Under the pieces are notes generated by a model, which saw only the letters and a list, made by a program, of their open reading frames with translations, was not told where the DNA came from and did no database searches. The position numbers and the translations under genes are program-made. From contig OZ241907.1 in assembly GCA_965203515.1 (NCBI GenBank), positions 2,656,001-2,720,000 on the forward strand: a stretch of 64,000 bases of DNA. Reading direction: 5' to 3'. Shown piece by piece: positions 10,597-20,538 of this stretch (positions are counted from its first letter, which is position 1; every line of letters starts with the position of its first letter). Source of the stretch: Spirochaetia bacterium (lineage in GTDB: Bacteria; Spirochaetota; Spirochaetia; SZUA-6; Bin103).

Positions 10597-11709
10597 CTAC
10601 CCCTGACAGACCTCCCGCACCATGCGCCGGTAGACGTCCACGGCGCGGCGGAGCTGCGCCACCTCGATCCACTCGCCGTCGGTGTGCGCCTGCGCAATGT
10701 CGCCGGGCCCCATCACGACGAGCTGCACGCGTTCCTTGAAGGCGTGCGCGTCGGTGCCGTACGGCACGGTCCGCGGCCGCTCGCCGGAGGCGGCCTGCGC
10801 GATCCGCACCACCTCCGCGTCCGGGGCGACGTGGAACGGGGTGCCGGCCCGCGCTTCTACCTGCAGGCCGTGCGCGCGCGCGCGTGCGCTCACCATCTCG
10901 ATCACGTCCGGCGTGCGGTCGCCCGGCATCGGCCGGAACGCCACGGTGCAGACCGCCTTGGGCGCGGAGACGTTGGGCCGCGTACCGAAGTCGGTGAAGA
11001 CCATGTTGAAGCCGATGGTCGGCGGGTCGAAATCGCGGTTCCAGAAGCTCTCGTCGGTGCGGAACGTCTCCGCCAGTTCCGCGACCTCCGCCAGGAACGG
11101 CGCGATCAGCAGGTTGGCCGACACGCCGCGGTCGGTGGAGGTGTGCGCCGCGCGGCCGTGCGCGGTGACCACCACGCGCGCCCCGCCCTTGTGGGCGTAG
11201 ACCGGCGCCAGCCGGGTCGGTTCGGCGATGACGCCGCAGCGCGGCAACTCGGCGTTGTACAGCTCCGACTCCCGATCGATCTGCCGCGCGCCGCCGCCCG
11301 ACACCTCCTCGTCGGCGGTGGCCGCCACGTACACGGCGCGGTCGAGCCGTTCGTGCCGCAGCGCGGCGGTCGCGCACAGCGTGGCGGCCAGCGGCCCCTT
11401 CATGTCGCAGCTTCCCAACCCGATCAGGCGATCGTCCCGCACCACCGGACGGTGCGGATCGGTCGACCAGCCGTCGCCGGGGACCGTGTCGACGTGCGAG
11501 TAGAACGCCAGCCCGCCGGCGCCGCGGCCCTTCTTGCCGATCACGCTGTCCTTGCGCACGCCGGCCTCGTCGCGGTAGGTGAGCCGCTCGATCTCGAAGC
11601 CGTGCCGCTCCATGAAGCGCTCCACGACGTCGCAGACCGGGGCGCTGCTCACGCGGCTGACCGAGTCGACCGCGACCAGCTCCTTGGCCAGGACTACCGG
11701 ATCAGCCAT
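10597..11709 (-). CDS. M20 peptidase / acetylornithine deacetylase-like
   Basis: SHVDTVP, GSCDMKG, DEE, EPT, AHTDGE. Confidence 0.88.
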   Translation of the reverse strand: MADPVVLAKELVAVDSVSRVSSAPVCDVVERFMERHGFEIERLTYRDEAGVRKDSVIGKKGRGAGGLAFYSHVDTVPGDGWSTDPHRPVVRDDRLIGLGSCDMKGPLAATLCATAALRHERLDRAVYVAATADEEVSGGGARQIDRESELYNAELPRCGVIAEPTRLAPVYAHKGGARVVVTAHGRAAHTSTDRGVSANLLIAPFLAEVAELAETFRTDESFWNRDFDPPTIGFNMVFTDFGTRPNVSAPKAVCTVAFRPMPGDRTPDVIEMVSARARAHGLQVEARAGTPFHVAPDAEVVRIAQAASGERPRTVPYGTDAHAFKERVQLVVMGPGDIAQAHTDGEWIEVAQLRRAVDVYRRMVREVCQG

Positions 11710-12745
11710 CGCCGTCGGTCCGAGCCGGCGCTACCGGCCGCCCGGTGCGCGCCGATTCGTACAGGGCGTCCATCAACTCGCTCTGGCGGACGCCGTCGAT
11801 GGGGCCGGTGGCCGGCTCCTCCGTTCCCCGGATCGCCGCCAGGAAGTTGAGCGCGGTGGGGGTCGCCTCGCCGGTGCAGCTCAGCTCGTCGATCTCGCCA
11901 TCACCGTCGTAGGCGCGCATCCACGCTCCCGTCCAGCCGTCGATGGAGACGCGGCCGCCGGCGAAGATGAACTCCATGCCGGAGGCGGCCGCCGGGCAGT
12001 TGCCGGAGATGACGATGGTGGCCAGCACGCTCTGGAAGCGGGCGACCAGCGCGGAGTTGATGTCGACCGGCATCCCCTTGCAGTCGACCATCGCGTAGAC
12101 CTCCGTGGGGCTCGACTCCAGCGTCCAGATCAGGCTGTTCAGCAGGTGGGCGCCGGAGTCGTAGGCTTGGCCGCCGCCGGCCAGCGCCGGATCGCGCCGC
12201 CAGGGTTGGGCGCCGGGCCGCCGGGCGCCGGAGGTGAGCTTCATCCACGGCTGCGTCAGGTAGCCGGTGACCATCTCCAGCGGCCCCAGCCGCTCGCTGC
12301 GCACGATGGAGCGGAGCCGCTGAAAGGTCGGCGTGCACGGCGTGTTGTAGCCGATCAGCAGCAGTTTGCCGGCCGCCGCCACGCGGTCGCGGAGCGCGTA
12401 CGCGTCGGCGACCGAGGTGACCATCGGCTTTTCGACCAGCACGTGGCAGCCGGCGGCCAGCGCGCGCGAGGCGTGCTCGCAGTGCATGCTGTGCGGGGTG
12501 GCGATGACGACGCCGTCCAGGTCCGATTCCGCGTACAGCGCCTGCTGATCGGTGAACAGCGCCGGGCGCGGCGCGTCCGGGACGTGGTCGGCGATGAAGC
12601 GCTCCATGATCGCCGTGTCGACGTCGCACATGGCGGCCAGCTCGGCGCCGCCGGCGGCGACCAGGGACTGGGCGTGGCGGCGGGCGATGCCGCCGCAGCC
12701 GATCAGACCGATGCGCAAGGGTGAGTCGGATGTCATGGACGGCAT
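11702..12745 (-). CDS. Gfo/Idh/MocA family oxidoreductase
   Basis: GLIGCGGIA, VEKPM, GGGQAYDSGAH. Confidence 0.9.
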   Translation of the reverse strand: MPSMTSDSPLRIGLIGCGGIARRHAQSLVAAGGAELAAMCDVDTAIMERFIADHVPDAPRPALFTDQQALYAESDLDGVVIATPHSMHCEHASRALAAGCHVLVEKPMVTSVADAYALRDRVAAAGKLLLIGYNTPCTPTFQRLRSIVRSERLGPLEMVTGYLTQPWMKLTSGARRPGAQPWRRDPALAGGGQAYDSGAHLLNSLIWTLESSPTEVYAMVDCKGMPVDINSALVARFQSVLATIVISGNCPAAASGMEFIFAGGRVSIDGWTGAWMRAYDGDGEIDELSCTGEATPTALNFLAAIRGTEEPATGPIDGVRQSELMDALYESARTGRPVAPARTDGDG

Positions 12746-12811
12746 GGTAGAGGGAGCGGGGCGGGCTGCCCAGTCCGCTGCTGCCGCCGGTTTACGGACG
12801 CTTCGCCGAGT

Positions 12812-13450
12812 TCACGGCAGGCCGAACACGGCGATCAGGTAGTAGCCGGCGATCGCCAGCATGGCGGCGCCGGCGGCGCGGTTGATGACGCTCTTGTGGC
12901 GGCCCAGGAACCGGACGACCGCCCGGCTGAACGCCCCGGACGCCAGCGCCAGGACCAGCAGCGGCGTGCCGATGCCGGCGGCGAAGACCACGAAGTTGAG
13001 CAGGTTCAGCCCGAAGTCGCCCACCGACACCGCGAGCTGCTTGGAGAAGAAGGCGCCGATGAATCCGGGATTGCACGGCAGCACGATGAGTCCGAAGAAG
13101 GCGCCGTAGCCGAATGCGGCCGGCACCGGCTTGGCGTCGGTGGGCGCGCGCACGGCCGGCAGCAGGCGGCTGAAGTCGACGTCCGCGATCAGCAGCGCGC
13201 CGATCACCGCCAGCACCGCGAAGGCGATCGGCGACGCGACCGCGATGACGGCGGTGAGCGACAGCTCCAGGAGCGTGGAGAAGACCAGCCCGATGGCGGC
13301 CATCGTGGCGGTGACGCCGGCGACCACGGCCAGACCCAGCGTCAGCGGCGCGTTGCGCGCGCCTTCCCGGCGTGCGGCCAGGAAGGCGATGAACCCGGGA
13401 TAGAGCGGCAGCACGCAGGCCGCCGTCAGCGGTGTGGCCAGCCCCAGCAC
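12812..13450 (-). CDS. CcdA-like cytochrome c biogenesis / disulfide transfer membrane protein
   Basis: CVLPLYP and LPCNP cysteines, ~6 TMs; start uncertain. Confidence 0.8.
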   Translation of the reverse strand: MLGLATPLTAACVLPLYPGFIAFLAARREGARNAPLTLGLAVVAGVTATMAAIGLVFSTLLELSLTAVIAVASPIAFAVLAVIGALLIADVDFSRLLPAVRAPTDAKPVPAAFGYGAFFGLIVLPCNPGFIGAFFSKQLAVSVGDFGLNLLNFVVFAAGIGTPLLVLALASGAFSRAVVRFLGRHKSVINRAAGAAMLAIAGYYLIAVFGLP

Positions 13451-13486
13451 GAAGCTGGTGGCCAGGTTACCGAGCGTGGGGAGCCC

Positions 13487-14113
13487 TCACGCCCCGCCGT
13501 CGGTGGCGGGACACGCCGCGATCCGCTCCTGCAGGAAGGCGGGCCGTTTGACGCCCCGTCTCAGCAGCGTCCGTTCGGTCTGCCCGGGACAGATCAGGAT
13601 CACCGGCGCGGACGGCGGGTGGAGCACCGACACGCCGAACTCGTCGCGCAGCGAGCGCGACAACTCGACCGGCGACACGGCGTAGCGCCAGTCGAAGCCG
13701 TGGCGGTCCAGATGGCGGGAGATCTGCGTCTGCGACTCGTTCGGGTCGGTGTTCAGGGCGACCGAGACCACGGAGTCGCCGACTTCGTCGTGCAGGGCGT
13801 CGATCTGCCGCTGCTGGTTGGTGCAGATCGAACACCACACCGCGAACGCCTCCAGCAGAACCGGTTGCTCCGCGAACTGGGCGAGCGTGAACGTCTCGCC
13901 GGTGCGGACGTCGGTCAGCTCGACCCCCAGCCAAGCGACCGCCGGCGCCGCCTCGGCCGGCTGGGCGGTCGCGTCGGCCGACCGGGTCGCGTCGGCCGAC
14001 CGGGTCGCGTCGGCCGACTGGGCGGTCGCGCCGGTCGCGCCGGCCGCCAGGAACAGGCCGGCCATGAGGCCCGCCGCGGCAAGCCGCTCTCCCGACCGCT
14101 TCATCCGTTGCAT
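13487..14113 (-). CDS. exported thioredoxin-like (TlpA/redoxin) protein
   Basis: Signal-like N-terminus, WCSIC CxxC motif; next to CcdA. Confidence 0.8.
   Translation of the reverse strand: MQRMKRSGERLAAAGLMAGLFLAAGATGATAQSADATRSADATRSADATAQPAEAAPAVAWLGVELTDVRTGETFTLAQFAEQPVLLEAFAVWCSICTNQQRQIDALHDEVGDSVVSVALNTDPNESQTQISRHLDRHGFDWRYAVSPVELSRSLRDEFGVSVLHPPSAPVILICPGQTERTLLRRGVKRPAFLQERIAACPATDGGA
13967..14020. repeat. 3 x 18-bp tandem repeat encoding SADAT(R/A) in the redoxin linker
   Basis: GGTCGCGTCGGCCGAC(C/T)G x3. Confidence 0.85.
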
Positions 14114-14221
14114 GGTTCTGCCTCCATGGTGCTGATCGCCTCGGACACGCCGATCTTACGGTATTTCGCGGCGCTTGAGCAGCGGTCGCCGACCGTTCAT
14201 CCTGTACGCGGAGGAGTGGAG

Positions 14222-14413
14222 ATGGCGGAAATCAAGATCACGATCAGCGACGACGGACCCTACCTCATCAGCGGACCGGTGCCGTTGCTGGACGCACGCG
14301 GCAACCCGGTCGAGGGAGCTTCGGACAAGATGGCGCTCTGCCGCTGCGGCGCGTCGAGCAACAAGCCGTTCTGCGACGGCACCCACCGCGAGATCGGCTT
14401 CACCGGCGCGTAG
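14222..14413 (+). CDS. CDGSH iron-sulfur domain protein
   Basis: GGAGGAG RBS; MAEIKIT...DGPY...LCRCGASSNKPFCDGTH. Confidence 0.92.
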   Translation: MAEIKITISDDGPYLISGPVPLLDARGNPVEGASDKMALCRCGASSNKPFCDGTHREIGFTGA

Positions 14414-14448
14414 CCGGCTTACGGGTCGGACACCGGATCGTGGTCGGG

Positions 14449-15642
14449 TCAGCCGCCGGCGCTCGCGTCGGCGCGGCGGCGCTGCTCGGCCGGCTCGGGC
14501 AGGCGCGCGAACGCCACCGCGCCGGCCACTCCCAGCACGCCGGCCGCCAGCGCACTGCCGCCCAGGCTGAGCACGGCCGCCAGCGCGCCGGCGATGGTCG
14601 GCCCCAGCACGCTGCCGGCGTCGCTGATCAGCCGCCACAGGCCCAGGAACGGTCCGGTGCGGCCGGCCGGCGCCAGATCGGCCCCGTAGGTCATGTTGAT
14701 GCCGCTGCCCAGACCGTTGCCGACGGCGCCGATCAGGCCGACCACCAGCAGCGCCGCGAACGACTGCGTCAGCGGCGTTGCCGCCAACCCGACCGCCAGC
14801 AGCAGCGTAGCGGGGGCGGCGGCGTAGCGCCGGCCCAGGCGGTCCATGACCAGCCCCGCCGGCGGGAACATCAGGATCTCCATCCCCGCGGTCAGGCCGG
14901 CCACCAGACCGATCTGCACCACGTTGAGGCCGATGTGGGCGCCCCACAGCGGCACGATCACGCGCCGCGCCGTGCGCAGGACGGCCAGCGCGACCATGGG
15001 CGCGCCGGCCGCGGCCAGGATGCGGCGGTTGCTGCGCAGCTCCTGCCAGATCTCGCCGAGCGCGCCGGAGCGCCGCGCTCCGGCAGCCGCCGGCTCGGTT
15101 CGTTGCGGAGCGAAGGCGGGCATCAGGTACATCGTCAGCACGGCCGCGGCGAGCCCCAGCACGACCGGCGCGACGAAGATCGCCTGCAGACCGAACCGGT
15201 CGCCGATGAAGCCGGCGGCGATCGGTCCGATCAGGGCGCCGATGCGGGTGACGCCGCCGGTGGTGGCCAGCGCCCGGCCGCGCAACCCGGCGGCGGCGGC
15301 CCGGCTCATCCACGTCAGGCGCGCCAGCAGCCACGCCCCGTGGCAGCAGCCGATCCCCAGCAGCAGCGCCGCGAACGCCGGCGCCGCGGCGACCAGCGCG
15401 GCGCCGACGCAGCAGCCGGCCAGCGCCACGCCGGCGGCGACCTGAATGCCCTTTTCGCCCAGCCGCGCGCAGGCAAGGCCGACCGGTACGGCGACGACCA
15501 TGCCGCCCAGGCCGTGCAGGGCGAACGCGGCGCCGGCGCCGGCGAACCCGGCGCCCAGCTCGACCGCCAGCAACGGGATGAACGGGAACATCCCGCTGAC
15601 GCCGACCGATTCCAGCAGGGCCGGCAGGAACACCGGCAGCAT
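14449..15642 (-). CDS. MFS transporter
   Basis: ~12 TMs, GLVMDRLGRR motif; start uncertain. Confidence 0.85.
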   Translation of the reverse strand: MLPVFLPALLESVGVSGMFPFIPLLAVELGAGFAGAGAAFALHGLGGMVVAVPVGLACARLGEKGIQVAAGVALAGCCVGAALVAAAPAFAALLLGIGCCHGAWLLARLTWMSRAAAAGLRGRALATTGGVTRIGALIGPIAAGFIGDRFGLQAIFVAPVVLGLAAAVLTMYLMPAFAPQRTEPAAAGARRSGALGEIWQELRSNRRILAAAGAPMVALAVLRTARRVIVPLWGAHIGLNVVQIGLVAGLTAGMEILMFPPAGLVMDRLGRRYAAAPATLLLAVGLAATPLTQSFAALLVVGLIGAVGNGLGSGINMTYGADLAPAGRTGPFLGLWRLISDAGSVLGPTIAGALAAVLSLGGSALAAGVLGVAGAVAFARLPEPAEQRRRADASAGG

Positions 15643-15692
15643 CAGCCCGCGCAGGGTGGCGCCGCCGGGGACCGCCTCCCGGCGTGCGCGGC

Positions 15693-17045
15693 TCAGCGGA
15701 GGACCTCGTCCGCCTTCATCTGCCTGAGGGCATCCTCCACCGCGGCGGCGGTGTGGTCGATCTGCGCGTCGGCGTGTACGGCGCTGACGATGAACGTACC
15801 GCCCAACGCGTCGACGCCCCGGTTGAGCAGCGCTCGCTTGAACGGCTCCGTGTAGCGCGGCGCGCGCCCCTCGGCGAGCGCCGCCCGCGGCGCCGCGCAG
15901 AGTTCGGGATCGCCCTCCCAGGCGCTGCCGAACACGATCCAGACGATCGACGCGCGCTGGTGGCAGAAGGCGGTCACGCCGGCGGCGGCGATGGCGCCGG
16001 CGATGCCCTGCCGCAGGCGGCGCGCAGCGCGTTCGGCGGCGGCGTTGGCGGCGCCGTCGGCAAGCAGTTGCAGGCAGCGCGTGCCGGCGGCGGCGCTCAG
16101 CGGATTGGCGTTGAAGGTGCCGGGATGGCCGATGCGCCGCCGGGGATCGACGTCGGGAGGGAAGGACAGGACGTTCAGCAGCTCCCGGCGGCCTCCGGTC
16201 GCGCCGCCCGGCAGGCCGCCGGCGAGGATCTTGGCCAGCGAGGTCAGGTCGGGGCGGACGCCGTAGCGCTCCTGCGCGCCACCTTTGGAGACGCGGAAGC
16301 CGGTGACGACCTCGTCGAAGATGAGCAGCACGCCGCGGCGCGCGGTGATCTCACGCAGCCGGTGCAGAACCGCCGGGTCCAGGGCGTAGTAGCCCATCGC
16401 TCCGCCGGTCGGCTCCAGCATCACGGCGGCCACGTCGCCGGCGGCCAGCGTCCGGTCGACGGCCTCCAGGTCGGCGGCCGGCAGCGTGGTCACCGTGGAG
16501 CGGGTCGCCTGGGGGACGCCGGTCGCCGGATAGCGGCCCGAGCCGCCCGCGACATAGTCGTGCCACCCGTGGAAGTGATCGGCGAAGGTGACGATGCGGT
16601 CGCGTCCGGTGCATGCGCGGGCGATGCGGACCGCCATCATCGTCGCCTCGGTGCCGGAGCTGTGGAACCGGATGCGCTCGACCGACGGCAGCAGCGCGCG
16701 CACCGCGCGCGCCCAGGCGATCTCCTGCTCGGTGTTGGCGCCGAGTTGGGTGCCGTGCGGAAGCTGCGCGGCCGCCGCGGCCACCAGCTCCGGGTGGCCG
16801 TGGCCGAGCAGCAGCGCGCCATGACCCATCACGTAGTCGACGTACTCGTGACCGTCGGCGTCCCACTTCACGGCGCCCCGGCCGCGGGTCATGAAGACCG
16901 GAAACGGCAGCACGCGGCGCACCTCGTGAGTGGCGCCGCCCGGAAACAGGTCGAGCGCCTCCCGGTAGAGCGCGGCGGAGCGCGGGTGGCGCGCGACGTA
17001 CTCGCGGGTGATCGAATCGTCAGGGGCGCAGGTCGAGCCGGCCAT
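15693..17045 (-). CDS. class III aminotransferase (glutamate-1-semialdehyde aminomutase-like)
   Basis: WDADGHEYVDY, SGTEA, FDEVVTGFR, AKILAGGLPGG, GTFNANP. Confidence 0.9.
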   Translation of the reverse strand: MAGSTCAPDDSITREYVARHPRSAALYREALDLFPGGATHEVRRVLPFPVFMTRGRGAVKWDADGHEYVDYVMGHGALLLGHGHPELVAAAAAQLPHGTQLGANTEQEIAWARAVRALLPSVERIRFHSSGTEATMMAVRIARACTGRDRIVTFADHFHGWHDYVAGGSGRYPATGVPQATRSTVTTLPAADLEAVDRTLAAGDVAAVMLEPTGGAMGYYALDPAVLHRLREITARRGVLLIFDEVVTGFRVSKGGAQERYGVRPDLTSLAKILAGGLPGGATGGRRELLNVLSFPPDVDPRRRIGHPGTFNANPLSAAAGTRCLQLLADGAANAAAERAARRLRQGIAGAIAAAGVTAFCHQRASIVWIVFGSAWEGDPELCAAPRAALAEGRAPRYTEPFKRALLNRGVDALGGTFIVSAVHADAQIDHTAAAVEDALRQMKADEVLR

Positions 17046-17103
17046 GCCGCACCGTAGGCGATTCGGCGGCTGCCGGACAAATGCGCGTTGCGCCCGGCGG
17101 CGT

Positions 17104-18663
17104 CTACGCGCGGGCCAGTACGCGGCCGGGCAGGGCGCCGGTCGGCGCGCCGCCGGCGATCACCGGCCGGCCGTTGACCAGCACCCAGCGCATGCCGACC
17201 GCTTCCCGGCGCGGGTCGTCCCAGGTGGAGCGGGCCGCTGCCTCGCCGGCGTCGAACACCGCCAGATCGGCTGCAGCGCCCGCCCGGATCACGCCGCGGT
17301 CGGGAACGCGGAAGCGTTCCGCCGGGAAGCCCGCCATCTTGTAGACCGCCTCCGGCAGGCTCAGCAGCCCGCGGTCGCGGACGAACTCGCCCAGCACGCG
17401 GGCGAAGCAGCCGAAGCTGCGCGGATGCGGATGCGGCACGTCGTAGACGCCGTCGCTCGCCACCATCATGCGCGGATGCGCGGCCGTCGCGGCGATCACG
17501 CGGTCGTGCTCCTCCACCGGCGTCTGCCAGGGATAGACCAGCGTCACGCCGCCCTGCTCTTCCATGATGAAGTCGAAGGCGAACTCGCCGACCGACGTGC
17601 CGGCCGCCGCCGCCAGGGCGTCCATGCGCCGGCCGACGCGGCGGCCGGAGCGGGTGTAGCCGACGATCTGATCGGCGCGGCCCAGAAAGGTGTCGAGCCA
17701 CGCCACGGAGCGGCGGCGCACGCCGTCCTGCCGCAGCCGCTCGACCATGGCCGGCCAGCCGCCGGGATGCAGATCGATCGGCAGCGCCATCTCCAGGTGG
17801 GTCATGCCGGCCGGGTAGAGGTACGACTCGAACGTCAGGTCGACCCCCTCGCGTTCCACCTGCTGCAGGGCCGCGCCCGACTCGGCGTCGACGCGCTCGT
17901 GGCTGACGTGCACGGGACAGCCGGACGCCTTGGCCAGCTCGATCGTCTCCCGCCAGGCGACCGGGCGGCCCAGGTGCGCGTACCGCTGGTGGGCGGCGTA
18001 GATGCCGCCGTGCTCGGCCGTGACGCGGCACAGACGCACCAGTTCATCGAAGCCGGCGTTGGCGCTCGGCTGGTAGTCGAGCCCCAGGCAGAGCGCGCCG
18101 GCGCCGGCGTCGAGCCATGCGCGGGTGCCGTCCTCCATCGCCGCCAGCTCGTCGGACGTCGCGTGGCGGGCCTCCCAGCCCATGGCGCGCAGGCGCACGG
18201 CGCAGTGCGGCACCTGCGGGAAGACGTTCAGCGGCGTGGCGCCGGTGAAACGGTCGAGGTAGGAGTCGATGGTCGGCCACCGCGCCTCGATCCGCGGGCC
18301 GCCGTAGAGCGTGGCGGTATAGTCGAACAGCTCCCGGCCGGCCGGATGGTCGAGCGGCGCCCAGCCAAAGCCGTCGGGGGCCAGCAGGTTGGTGGTGACC
18401 CCCTGCCGGGCGCCGGCCAGCCGGTCGTGTCCGGCGAGCAGCGCCAGCTCGCTGTGCACGTGCACGTCGATGAATCCCGGGGTGACCGTGAGGCCGGCGG
18501 CGTCGATGGTGGTGTCGGCCGCGGCCGCGCCGAGGTCGCCGATGGCGGCGATCACATCTCCCCGCAGGCCGACGTCGGCCCGGTACGCGGGACCGCCGGT
18601 GCCGTCGACGACCGTGCCGCCGGCGATGAGCACGGAGAAGGTGGGCGCGGCGGTCAGCCGCAT
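17104..18663 (-). CDS. N-acyl-D-amino-acid deacylase family amidohydrolase
   Basis: VDGTG, PGFIDVHVHS, HPRSFGCFARVL, ADLAVFD. Confidence 0.88.
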   Translation of the reverse strand: MRLTAAPTFSVLIAGGTVVDGTGGPAYRADVGLRGDVIAAIGDLGAAAADTTIDAAGLTVTPGFIDVHVHSELALLAGHDRLAGARQGVTTNLLAPDGFGWAPLDHPAGRELFDYTATLYGGPRIEARWPTIDSYLDRFTGATPLNVFPQVPHCAVRLRAMGWEARHATSDELAAMEDGTRAWLDAGAGALCLGLDYQPSANAGFDELVRLCRVTAEHGGIYAAHQRYAHLGRPVAWRETIELAKASGCPVHVSHERVDAESGAALQQVEREGVDLTFESYLYPAGMTHLEMALPIDLHPGGWPAMVERLRQDGVRRRSVAWLDTFLGRADQIVGYTRSGRRVGRRMDALAAAAGTSVGEFAFDFIMEEQGGVTLVYPWQTPVEEHDRVIAATAAHPRMMVASDGVYDVPHPHPRSFGCFARVLGEFVRDRGLLSLPEAVYKMAGFPAERFRVPDRGVIRAGAAADLAVFDAGEAAARSTWDDPRREAVGMRWVLVNGRPVIAGGAPTGALPGRVLARA

Positions 18664-18727
18664 GGATCGTCCTCGATCGGTCTGCCTTCGCTCATGGGTA
18701 CGACTATGAGCGCCGCGCGGGCGGCGT

Positions 18728-19876
18728 TCAACGGGCAGCCGTGCGGACCTCCGACAACGGGATGGCGGTGGCCCGCTCCGCCAGCGGAAACCGTCGATCG
18801 CCGGGGTAGACCACGAACAGGTGGTCGAGTTCCAGGTCGTCCAGAGCCACGTGCATGGACTTCGTCATACGCGGGCTGTCGGTGAGCTTGCACTCGTAGC
18901 CGATGCGCGCGCCGCCATGGAGCGCCAGCACGTCGAGCTCCGCTCCGCCGTGGGTCGCCCAGAACCAGCAGTCGCGCTCGCCGCGGACCGCCGCGATCTC
19001 TTCCACGCACAGACCCTCCCAGGATGCTCCGTAGCAGGGATGGGACTCGACGTCGCGCCGGCGTTCCAGCCCCAGCAGGGCGTGCAGCAGACCGCTGTCC
19101 CGAAAGTAGACCTTGGGCGACTTCACCAGCCGCTTGCCGATGTTCCGAAGCCAGGGATGAAGCTGGCGGATGAGGTACGCTCCCGACAGGAGGTCCAGGT
19201 AGCGTCTGGCCGTGGTGTGCGACAGGCCGAGAGACGAGGCCACCGCGGAGCCGTTCCAGCGCTGCCCGTGGAGGTGGGCTGCCATCGTCAGAAAGCGGCG
19301 CATGGCGTGCGGCGCCAACTCGAAGCCCAATCTGCCCAGGTCCCGCTCGACGAACGTCTGCAGGAAGCTCTGCCGCCACGCAAAGCTGTCCTCGTCGGAC
19401 GCCGCCAGAAACGACGGAGGAAAGCCGCCCCGCAGCCAGAGACGATCCTTTTGGCCGGCGTCGGTCTCGCCGATGCGGAACCCCGACATGGAGACCAGCT
19501 CGACTCTGCCGGCAAGCGTCTCGGAGGCGCCGCGGACGATCTCCGGAGCGGCGCTGCCCAGGAGCAGGAATCGCGCCGGCAGCGGCTGCCGGTCCATCAG
19601 CACCCGTAGCAGCGGCAGCAGGTCGGGACGCAACTGGATCTCGTCGAGGACCACCAGCCCGCGCGCGCGTTCCAAGGTGAGTTTGGGGGCGGTCAGGCTC
19701 GCCACGTCGGCCGGATCCTCGAGGTCGAAGTACTCCGCCCGGCGCCGGCCGGCGATCCGTCGCGCCAGGGTGGTCTTGCCCGACTGGCGAGGTCCCAGCA
19801 GCACCGCCCCGCGGCTGCGGCCCAGCGCCTTCGTGACCCGCGCTTCGATCTCGTCTCGTGCGATGAAGGACGACAT
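18728..19876 (-). CDS. AAA_14 ATPase with C-terminal DUF4143
   Basis: GPRQSGKT, LDEIQ, LLGSA, LAGRV, GGFP, KSPKVYFRDSG, ELD...ECK. Confidence 0.9.
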   Translation of the reverse strand: MSSFIARDEIEARVTKALGRSRGAVLLGPRQSGKTTLARRIAGRRRAEYFDLEDPADVASLTAPKLTLERARGLVVLDEIQLRPDLLPLLRVLMDRQPLPARFLLLGSAAPEIVRGASETLAGRVELVSMSGFRIGETDAGQKDRLWLRGGFPPSFLAASDEDSFAWRQSFLQTFVERDLGRLGFELAPHAMRRFLTMAAHLHGQRWNGSAVASSLGLSHTTARRYLDLLSGAYLIRQLHPWLRNIGKRLVKSPKVYFRDSGLLHALLGLERRRDVESHPCYGASWEGLCVEEIAAVRGERDCWFWATHGGAELDVLALHGGARIGYECKLTDSPRMTKSMHVALDDLELDHLFVVYPGDRRFPLAERATAIPLSEVRTAAR

Positions 19877-19917
19877 CCTTGAATATTGAACATATGATGT
19901 TCAAATTTCAAGGATGT
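19873..19917. promoter_or_regulatory. AT-rich 21-bp inverted repeat overlapping the start of the AAA_14/DUF4143 gene
   Basis: ACATCCTTGAATATTGAACAT-atg-ATGTTCAAATTTCAAGGATGT (19/21 match). Confidence 0.6.
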
Positions 19918-20043
19918 AGCGTTGCTCTGACGACGTTGGCTGAACTACGCGGCCTCAGGCTATCTTGGGCACGTGGCGACGTGGTTCCGGTTCCGATCGT
20001 CATCGGCGCGAAGGCGCGCTGAGGTGCGTGCCGGGGTGACGGC

Positions 20044-20529
20044 GTGAAGTCGGCGGCGTCGGGACCGTCCGCCAAGGAGTCGGGGACGCAGCGATCGCCC
20101 GGCCGCTGGACGAGCGATATCCCGCGTTACGTGGCCAACGTGCAGCGCGTCGTGGTGGTGATGGTGCTGGTGCTCGTGCTGGTGTTGCTCGCGGTCATGA
20201 TCGTGCGGCTCGGGTGGCTGCTGGCCGTGGAGCTGTTGGGCACGCCGGTCGCCCAACTGACGGCCGATCAGATCCTCGGCCTGTTCAGCTTCGTGCTCCT
20301 GGTGCTGATCGGCGTGGAGCTGGTCGAGGCGGTGCAGCTGTTCCTGTCCGACGCGCACGTGCACGTCGAGTTCCTGATCCTCATCGCGCTGACCGCTATC
20401 TGCCGGAAGATCATCATCCTCGACGTCGCCGCCGCATCGGCGCTCACCCTGGTCGGCCTGGCCTCCCTGGTGGTCACGCTCGCCGGCGCCTACTTCCTGA
20501 TCAAGGGCCGCCGGTCCACGATTCCGTAG
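20044..20529 (+). CDS. PsiE family membrane protein
   Basis: LIGVELV, ALTAICRKIIILD. Confidence 0.8.
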   Translation: MKSAASGPSAKESGTQRSPGRWTSDIPRYVANVQRVVVVMVLVLVLVLLAVMIVRLGWLLAVELLGTPVAQLTADQILGLFSFVLLVLIGVELVEAVQLFLSDAHVHVEFLILIALTAICRKIIILDVAAASALTLVGLASLVVTLAGAYFLIKGRRSTIP

Positions 20530-20538
20530 GCAAGCGCC

